Shown here one piece after another: positions 45,201 to 64,000 of a DNA stretch of 64,000 nt (positions within the stretch are counted from its first letter, which is position 1; the number at the start of each line of letters is the position of its first letter). Origin of the DNA: Sminthopsis crassicaudata (taxonomy: Eukaryota); contig NC_133619.1 of NCBI RefSeq assembly GCF_048593235.1, forward strand, positions 639,508,558 through 639,572,557, in the 5' to 3' direction. The position numbers were made by a program, and so were the translations under genes. Under the pieces are notes generated by a model. That model worked only from the letters and a program-made list of their open reading frames with translations. It was not told the origin of the DNA and ran no database searches.

Positions 45201-48200
45201 GGTTTTAGAGGGAAGGGCCTTGAATGTCGGGTTTAGGGTTAGCCCTGACTGTGCACATGGTGGGGAGACCACCATAAGGGAGGCACGATTGTTGGCAAGT
45301 GGACTGGAGCCCCTTGTCCAAGACCCGCTGGGTCTGCCCCCAGGTGTCCTCCTGCAGCTCCAGCCCTCAACCCCTGGTTTCCTGTTCTCTCAGTTATCGT
45401 CTAAGCCCCTGGTCCCAGAAATGGATGAGGAAGATGACGACGAAGACTCTGAGGATGCCATCAATGAATTTGACTTTCTGGGCTCTGGGGAAGATGGGGA
45501 AGGGTCTGCTGAGGCGCGCCGCTCCGGAGACGGCACTGAGCTGGGTAAGAAAAGGGGGTCATGGAGGGCCGGCCTTTCCTGGCCCAGCCCGCAGCTGCTT
45601 CCTGCCCCAGTGCGTGGCTTCCTCTGACGGGCAGGCTTCCTGAAGTCTCCTCTGGAGGCCTAGAGGAAGCCTGCAGGCTTGACCTCTGCCCTTGGCGGGG
45701 GGCCTGGGGGAGAGGGAGAGGGCTGCAGGCCAGACTTCCCAAGGACCCCGAGCAGCACAGGCCGGAAGAAGAGGGAGGTTGGCCTGAGGCAGGGGGGGGG
45801 GGAGGGAGAAGCCTCTTCTCCCTGCTCTTTGGCTTGGTGATCCTCCTGCCCCCAGCTCTGCTTCCCCGGGCATGGGGATGGACTTCCAGTCCCTGCCCCA
45901 CCCAGACATCTTATGCTTCTTGGGGGGCGGGGCCGGGGGAAGGTGGGTTCAGGCTGCTCTCGCCTTCCTGGAATGGGGCAGAGAGAGGGAGTGGGGAGCC
46001 CCGAGGGGCCCGGCAGCTCAGCCCCTCTGGCTTTCCTTTCCCACCCCGGGCAGAGAGTCGGCGGGTGAAACTGCAGGGCATGCTGGCTGATCTTCGGGAT
46101 GTTGATGGGCTGCCCCCAAAAGGCACCGGTCCGCCCCCTGGCACGCCACAGCCCCGGCCCCATGACGGTGAGGGTGCTGGGGCTCTGGTGCTCTCCCTCC
46201 TGCCTTTGGGGAATGGGGACCAAGCCTCTGGGAGGGACTTGCAGGGGCCAGGTAGGAGGAGGATTTGGACTGATAGGAGCCTTCTGGTCAACACGCTTTG
46301 GCGGGGATGGTGGGGAGCTCCCCGGAGGTTGTGGGAGGTCCCCTAGGCGGGGCAGGTGGGTCAGTGGTCAGAGAGGTCCCAGCAGCAGCAGCAGAGAGAG
46401 TTATAGTCCTGACTCCAGGCCCAGGCCTTGTCCGGACTCTCCAATGAGCTGGCTTGTCTCTGCAGGTTCCCTTGGCTTTTCCTCCGACGTCTTTATCATG
46501 GACACTATTGGGGGTGGAGAGGTGAGCCTGGGGGACTTGGCCGATCTCACCGTCAGCAACGACAACGACCTCAGCTGTGACGTGAGTGTGGGGACCTCCC
46601 AAAGGTTATTAACAGGGCAGCCTGAGTCAGAGCCTGGGACCCGACCCTGGACCCCGGAGGCCCCCTCCTGATTCTAAAACAGTCTCCTGGGCTGCCGCCT
46701 AGAGGGGGGCCTGACCGGTCAGCATCCCCATGACTCCAGGAAGTCATATCTCCAAGGCCTCTGTTTTGTCATCCATAAGAGGAGGGGCTTTAAGGAGGTG
46801 GCCCTGAGATTGCTTTTGGCCCTGGGACTAGTGAGGAGAGGAGCCTGGGAAGGGCTGCACGGGAGGGACATGGTGCTGACCCTCCACTGGAGGCAGGAGC
46901 CAAGGCTGGGGTCCCTCTGGCCACCAAGACAGGAGGACAGCCCGTGGGCAGAAGCCATTGTCCCTGGGTGGGGTAGGGTGAGCTCCCAGGGCAGGGGGGG
47001 GCGGTTCTCACCCTCAGGTCTGTGAACTAGATTTGGAGAGGGCACGGTGACCCCAGCTAGTAATCTAGTGGTTGGGGGAGCCAAGGCTGCTGGGGGTATC
47101 TGGCCCCAAGTGAGCAGAGCAGCTGGGACAAGTGTCTGTCTCTCCCCCCTTCCCGCCTCCTGCAACTGGGGGCGGCTACTGCCCCCTCCCTCAACATCTG
47201 CATGTCTGGGAGTACCGCTTCCTTTGTGGCCCGCTTTTCTAAAACCTGAGGAAGGGCCCGTGGGGTCCATGCCACAGAAATAGTGCAGGGGCAGAGATTG
47301 GAGGATGGATGGCTCCAAGGTTCCTGGGGCATCCCTGGAGGGTGGAGGGTTAACGCAGAGATTCCCTATCTTTCCTTCCCCCAGCTTTCTGACAGCAAAG
47401 ATGCCTTCAAGAAGACTTGGAACCCCAAATTCACCCTCCGCTCCCACTATGACGGCATCCGCTCGCTGGCCTTCCACCACAGCGAGTCAGCTTTGCTCAC
47501 GGCCTCGGAGGACGGCACCCTGAAGCTTTGGAACCTACAGAAGACTGTGACGGCCAAGAAGTGAGTGGGGACCTGGGGAAGGGGCGGCGGGGGCCCGCGG
47601 CCTGCCCACTAACCCCGTGTCCTCTCCCGTGCAGGAATGCTGCTCTGGATGTGGAGCCGATCCACGCTTTCCGGGCCCACAGGTGGGTAACGGGCAGCCT
47701 GTCCTTTGGCATACTTGCTGGGAAGCCGCTGGGGGGTGCCACTGTGCCCATAGATGTGGCTTCCAACCCGGCCTGCGACCCTTATCGAGCGCTTGGGGCC
47801 CTACTGCCTGCTTGTACTTCCCAGCACTTCCTTCCTGAGCTCGAGGGAGAGTGTGTAAAGTGCCTAGCCTGGTGCCTGGCACACAGTGGGCACCTGGACA
47901 GGGGTCCTATGTTTTCGTGATTATGCCCTGAGAAGGGGCAAGCGGGGGCACCTGCCTGTGGTCCCTGATGCTCTGGGGAGGAGAGCTGTGATGAGGGCAG
48001 CCCCATCACCCACCGTCCCTCCTGCCGTCCTGCTCACCTGCCATTCCTCCCCTCTCTAGGGGCCCCGTGTTGGCGGTGGCCATGGGCAGTCACAGCGAGC
48101 ATTGCTACAGTGGTGGCGCGGATGCCCGCATCCATTGCTGGAGGATCCCAGACCTCAATATGGACCCTTATGATGGCTATGGTGAGGGCTCCTCCCTCTG

Positions 48201-50155
48201 GATAGAGCGCCCCTGCCCCCCAGCCCCTTCCCAGAGACCCAGGAGGCTGTGGATTGTGGCGGCCACGCCTCTTGTGTTCCCTTCAGAGACCAAAGCCTGT
48301 CTTGGAAGGCAGAGGGGCACTGACGTGCCCCGGCAGCAAGCCCAGGATGTGCTAGCACCCCTCCCCATTTCACCCAGGGCCCTCCACCACCAATCGGGAG
48401 GATGGGGGTGGGGGGAAGAGTCTAGCCGACCCTGACGCTGACCCCTTCTTGCGGCTTGGGCCTAGACCCCAGTGTGCTGAGCAGCGTCCTGGAGGGCCAC
48501 GGGGACGCCGTGTGGGGCCTCGCCTTCAGCCCCGTCTCACACCGCCTGGCCTCCTGTTCTGCGGATGGCACCATTCGCATCTGGGACCCTAGTGGCCACA
48601 GCCCCACCTGCCTGTGCACTTTCCACACGGCTGGCGGTGAGTGGGGGGAGGGAGAGCCCCCATCCTCCAGGGGCACAGAACCTGGTGGGAAGGATGGGGT
48701 GGGGGTGGGAGGAGGCATGGCCAGCTCCCCCTCTCTCACTCCGGACAGAGCATGGCATCCCCACTTCCGTGGCCTTCACCAGCACAGAGCCGGCCCAGGC
48801 CGTCGCTTCCTTCCGCTCAGGTGACACGGTCCTCTACAACCTGGAGACTGGCAGTGCCCTTCTCACTCTGGAGTCCCGAGGGAGCAGTGGTGAGTGGGGG
48901 CGGGGCTTGGCGGGGCCCTCGCCCTGAGCAAACTCCCCGTGGTGCGACCTGTTACTCAGGCCTATTTTCCCCCTGGGGGGAAGGTCATGTTCTCCCTGTG
49001 AGTCAGAAAGGGAAACTGAGGCGGGCACGACAGTGCCCCCCGGAGGCCTCAAGGAAGGGTCTGGAGCAGATTCTGGCCCCATTGGTTACACTGTGGCCCC
49101 AGGCTTAGTACAGTCAGCAAAGCTATCCTTGCTCTGCTTGAGAGATCACTGGATGGCCCCCAGAATGGGCAAGTCGGCAGCTAAAAACTTCCTTAGAAGC
49201 TATCCAAACCTCCCATTTTACAGATTAGGGAAAACCGAGGCCCAGTGCTAGGAGGTGACCCAATGTGGCCATGGGTGAGCACGACTTTATCTCCAGTCCT
49301 GTGCTTTCTTGTCTTTCACTCACTCTGCTCCTTTCAGGGCCCACCCAGATCAACCAGGTGGTGAGCCACCCCAACCAGCCCCTTACCATTACTGCCCACG
49401 ATGACAGAGGCATCCGATTTCTGGACAATCGGACAGGTAGGAGCGGGTGGCCTGCATCCCCCCCCCCCCCTTCCCGGCATGCGCTGAGGTAGGTGTGCAC
49501 ACAGGGGCACACCCACACTTGTACCTGCTCTCTTACTTGGACAGGTAAATCTGTGCACTCCATGGTCGCTCACCTTGATGCGGTGACCTGCTTGGCTGTG
49601 GACCCGAATGGAGTCTTCTTGATGTCCGGAAGTAAGTTCTTCTGGGAGCGGGCGAAGCGGCCCAGCCAGGAAAGGGGGAATAGAGTAGAACAGTGTGTGG
49701 GGTGAGGCATTCGGCAAAGAAGGGCCAGAAGGGTTTGGACTAGGGCAGTGAGGGAAGGCCCTGAGCACAGTTTGAGGAAAGAAGCTGGAATTGGGCCCGG
49801 GGATGGTCAGGAGGGGGGATGTCAGCAAGGGAACAGCTGTGGGGACTGGATGGCAGGGAGGGGAGGGGGCGTGCCTTGCTCTCGTCCCAGCTCTGCACAT
49901 GGTTGGGGAGAGGGTCAGCCTGGGGGCTTGAGGGGCCGGAGCAGGGGGATGGCTGGACTCTGGTCACGGGCTCCTTTCCCCCAAGGCCATGACTGCTCCC
50001 TCCGCCTCTGGAGCCTGGACAATAAGACCTGCGTGCAAGAGATCACAGCACACCGCAAGAAGCACGAGGAAGCCATTCATGCCGTGGCCTGCCATCCCAG
50101 CAAGGCGCTCATTGCCAGCGCCGGGGCCGATGCCCTGGCCAAGGTGTTTGTATGA
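38145..50155 (+). CDS. STRN4: Striatin-4 (zinedin), 748 aa. Exons: 38145-38417, 41537-41640, 43098-43171, 43322-43400, 43742-43921, 44365-44506, 45394-45544, 46054-46167, 46466-46581, 47385-47560, 47635-47682, 48060-48181, 48466-48636, 48749-48889, 49338-49436, 49545-49631, 49986-50155
   Basis: Spliced frame is open (2247 nt). Caveolin-binding/coiled-coil SLPGILHFIQHEWARFE...AQVAFLQGERKGQENLKTDLVRRIKMLE, WD40 repeats, C-terminus ASAGADALAKVFV; all introns GT-AG. Confidence 0.97.
38529..38572 (-). other. FKRP: FKRP first (leader) exon nested in STRN4 intron 1
   Basis: Minus strand ATTGCTCTCCAAGATGGCGGCG...GCAGCGGCGG|GTGAGG; matches the start of human FKRP mRNA as recalled; canonical donor. 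Confidence 0.7.
44560..44910. repeat. Degenerate short-unit GC-rich repeat in STRN4 intron 6
   Basis: Recurrent ctcaggcc, ttgggc and aggacag units. Confidence 0.65.
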
Positions 50156-50229
50156 CGCCCCGTCCCGTGCCCCGCCACCTCCCCCTTCTTCCCCGAGGAA
50201 GGGTGGGGCGGGGCAGGTGGCCCCCCAAG

Positions 50230-50432
50230 GTGAGTCGGCCGGGCGCCCTATGTGTGACACCGTGTCCTGCCTCGCTGGGCTGCTGGTCCCTGCTGGGAGT
50301 GGGGTTTGGGGGGAAGTGGCGGCTTCATCTTGCTTTGGTTCTAATGTTGCGTCCCCTGGCTGAGGGGGACAGGAGGGGGTTCTCATTGAGTGGGGTTAGG
50401 TCTCTGTCCACCACGTCTCCCCTGTTTTCCAG
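50230..50432 (+). other. STRN4: Predicted intron in the STRN4 3'UTR
   Basis: AAG|GTGAGT donor at 50230; polypyrimidine tract and CAG acceptor at 50431-50432. Confidence 0.7.
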
Positions 50433-51340
50433 CCGGTGACTTTCTGCACTCCACGTCTGGAATGGGGGAGCAAGAAGCCTCCGCTCCGAGCCTCATGGTG
50501 CTAGCAGCCTGTGGGGCTGGCCCTCTCCTCGGTCACCTTCCCCATTTCTACTGGGGTTGAGGAGGGGAGCCGTTCTCTCCAGCCAGAAGGGGCCTGATGC
50601 TTCCCCGCCCCTTCGGAACTGGCTCCTTTTCTCCCCTCTCCTCCCCACTGGGGCCCGGACTCAAGAGTCCAGAGCTTTCCATTGGTCTTTGAGCCACAGT
50701 AATAGGGCTGGGTGGAGGGGGGGGGAGCCTTCATGCTGAAAAGTGCAGACCCTCCCTCTGCCTGGCCGGCCCCTCTTCTAGGGCAGCAGAGATGCACCAC
50801 CTGGGAGGACCTTTCTACCCACATCCTCCCGAGGAAGGAAAGGTTGGGGGGACCAAGATGGCGTCCCCGGATGGCCACAGCGGTCCCCCTCTCAGACTTT
50901 TAGAAACACACCCGTACTGCAGACACTAGCCCCTCCCCCAAACCAGAAGCATCGACTGCCTGGGGGGGACACCTCCTGCCATCCCAGCACCCCTCTGGGG
51001 CCAGGGGCCCACAAGGGACGTGAGGGGCGCCTCATTGACTTGAGGGAGCAACGTGGAATCCTTTCTTTCCCCCTCTAACCCCTTTTTCACACTGTATATT
51101 CTGTATAAATCAATACAATTTTAAATGGAAGCCCAGCTCTCCCCTCCCCCAGCCTTCCCAGAGCCCTTCCCTTGGTTGTTATCACTGTGTGATAGTCTCT
51201 GTCCGTCTGTCCCCCTGTCCCCCCCCTCAGGGTTCCCAAGCTTTTCTTTGTATATTTATTTCACTCCTGATTTCAGCTCTTTCCCCATCCTCGCCCGGCC
51301 TCCTTCCTGCCTCCCCCCATTGTATGTGAAGACCTGCCTC

Positions 51341-51346
51341 AATAAA
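51341..51346 (+). terminator. STRN4 polyadenylation signal
   Basis: AATAAA at the end of a 3'UTR-like region containing TGTAT motifs. Confidence 0.75.
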
Positions 51347-53235
51347 ACCTTTGGAATAAGACCTGGGTGTCGGGAGAACTGTTGGGCTCTGGATCCAGGG
51401 CCTGGGACTTGAGGGGGAGGGGACCCCTGTGAGGGACAAAGCCGGCTTGCTCTTCAGTGAGAAGGGGGGAGTTTGCAACTTGGGGGAGGGTGGGGTGGGA
51501 GGAAGTGAAGCCCAGGAACCGTATCTCCCCTGGCTGCCCAAGGCCCCCTGGGACAGAGACGGTGACGGTGTCAGAGCGCACAGCAGCCCAGCCACTGTTT
51601 CTCTGCCGAAAGTCGGGGAGCAGTCGCTTCTCATTAGCTGGCTCACACAGCCTGTGCTCCAAGGCCCAGAGGCCCTCCCCTCTTCTGGCCCGGGGCAGCT
51701 CCCACCAGGGGGGGGGGGACCCACAGGGATCTCAGGTACCATCTGGTCCCTCCTGGTGCAGATAAACAGATTGGGCTGGGAGTGGTCCAGAACTGGCCCC
51801 TCCCCCCCCAGCCTGACTCCAGGAGCTCACCGAGGTGGGGCTTGGAGGCCCCCCTCCCCCCCACGTGCTGGCCAGGGTTTCAGGCTGAAGCCTTAGACTT
51901 CCTTCCCCGGGGCCGGCCCGGATGTGGCATAAACAGCCACTACCTCCAGAACCGAGGAGTGCCCCTCCCCCAGCACCCCTCTTCGCACTTTCTCTGCCCC
52001 CCACAGCGGGGCCTCGAGGCTGGCTTAGGACGGACTTTCTTGTGTGAAATGAAGGAGCGGCCACTAGAAGCCCCCGGAAGGGGGGCAGTTGGAGGAGGGG
52101 GCTCGGGGCCTGCGGAGGGGTCCCCAGCCTCGGAGGAAGAAAGGCCGCTTCCGGGGGGCAGGGGAAAAGAGGGGGACACGGGAGCTTTCTCCGTGACGAA
52201 AGGCTTTCCGTCTCCAAAGTCCTCCGCTGCTGCCTGAAGTCGGGCGCTCCACCGGCGGGGGGCAGTCATCCAGGCCGCCTCCCGCTCTGCCCCCAAATCC
52301 CGCCCCCTGCCGAGCCCCTCCTCCCCGAGCTCCTCCAGCCTCCCACCGCTCCCTTCCAAGTTAAGCCGGGGGATCTCGGGGCTCAGGACTACGGCCCTGG
52401 AGGCCCCCACTCTCCCACCCCTGCGGGGGGGGAGGTGCCCGATTAGAGCCGCACGGCTTCCTTCCCACCACCGGGGCAGCCTCCTCCGGGGCGTCCTGGG
52501 CTCTGAAGCCCGGGCAGAGGGGTCTACGCTGGGCGGGCCGGGGCCCCACGCGTGTGGGCTCCCGCCGCGCTGGGGAAAGTTTGTTTCCGGGACCTCGGCG
52601 GGGCGTGGTCAGGATGTGGGGGAGGAGTCGCCCTGGGGCCCCCAGCCTCACTCTCCGGACCCGGGGAGACAACCGCCCGGGCCCTCGCAGGCCGGTCCGC
52701 TCCTGGAGAACCAGCCGGGGCTTTGGGGGCAGCGGGGTCCCCGGACCCCTAAGCGGGACCTTGGGTCCTGCCCCCCCCAGCACGCTGACGTCACCCCAGG
52801 CCACGCTGATTGGCTGCTCTTGCCGTCGGTCAGGACACTTCCTCCTGGGCCGCCGCCGCCGCCGCCGCCGCCGCCGAGTTACAAAGTTCTGAGTGCGGGG
52901 GGCGGGGGCGGGAAAGGAGTCCGACGACCCCCGCCCGCCCTCCCGCCGCCACCGCGACCCCGGCCCGCCGAACCCGAGCCCACCCGGTAACCCCCGCTTC
53001 CCCCAAACTTCCCCAGGGCCCCCCGAGTCCGCTCCGCTGCGCCCGCGTGGGGGCCCGCGGGGGTGTTCGGACCTTTCCGACTTGGGGCTCCCTTCCCGTG
53101 CCCCATCCCTCGTCTTCCGAGCCGGCTGAGCCCCCCAGGCGCGGAGACTCCTGCTCGGGGCTGCACCTCCCTGCCCCCGACCCACGCGACCCCTCCCCAG
53201 ATCGCAAGTGGATGTGGGCGTGAGGCGGCCCCCCA

Positions 53236-63679
<10,444 letters not shown>

Positions 63680-64000
63680 GTGACAGCCTGGGGCCCCGGG
63701 CTCCCTGCCCGTCCCCCCCATCCTTCCCTTCTCCATTCTTAATTCTGTCCCCCTCCCCTCTCCATCCTATTTTCTACTCCCAATTGTCCCCCTCCTCTCT
63801 CTGTCCTAGCCCCCCAGTCTATAATCCTCCTCTCCTATTCCCCTCCCTCCTAAGTTTTTCCCCCCTCCTCTCTCCATCCTTTGTCCCTCACCCCTTAATC
63901 CGTCCCCTCTCCTCTCCATTCCTTCTCCCCTAGGCCAGGGTGATGGGATGAGGAAGGAGGGGCCAGGGGACTGACTGGAGGAGAGGCGGGCTCTCTTCCC

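Overview
Mammalian, almost certainly marsupial, genomic DNA. WSINE1/MAR1-type SINEs and an OC1-like hAT MITE point to an Australian marsupial, probably a dasyurid (inference). The window is syntenic with human 19q13.32 and carries, in order: AP2S1 (+, complete, but exon 3 has two 1-bp deletions as written), about 22 kb of repeat-rich intergenic DNA with an orphan CpG island, SLC1A5/ASCT2 (+, 8 exons, 529 aa), FKRP (-, single coding exon, 498 aa), STRN4 (+, 17 coding exons, 748 aa, overlapping FKRP head-to-head) and the first 14 exons of PRKD2 (+, runs off the end). Exon boundaries were read by hand from GT/AG sites and frame continuity. There is no CRISPR array, rRNA or tRNA gene, and I found no novel multi-gene system. 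The most unusual signals are regulatory: (1) about 10 RFX X-box-like motifs packed into about 850 bp just upstream of STRN4, inside FKRP intron 1; (2) a near-perfect CTCF site, plus a second one, in the very tight SLC1A5/FKRP tail-to-tail junction; (3) an FKRP first exon nested in STRN4 intron 1 whose uATG could give an in-frame N-terminal extension; (4) a STRN4 3'UTR intron 74 nt after the stop, predicting NMD; (5) the AP2S1 exon 3 frameshifts, probably assembly errors. Comparisons with human sequences are from memory and should be re-aligned.
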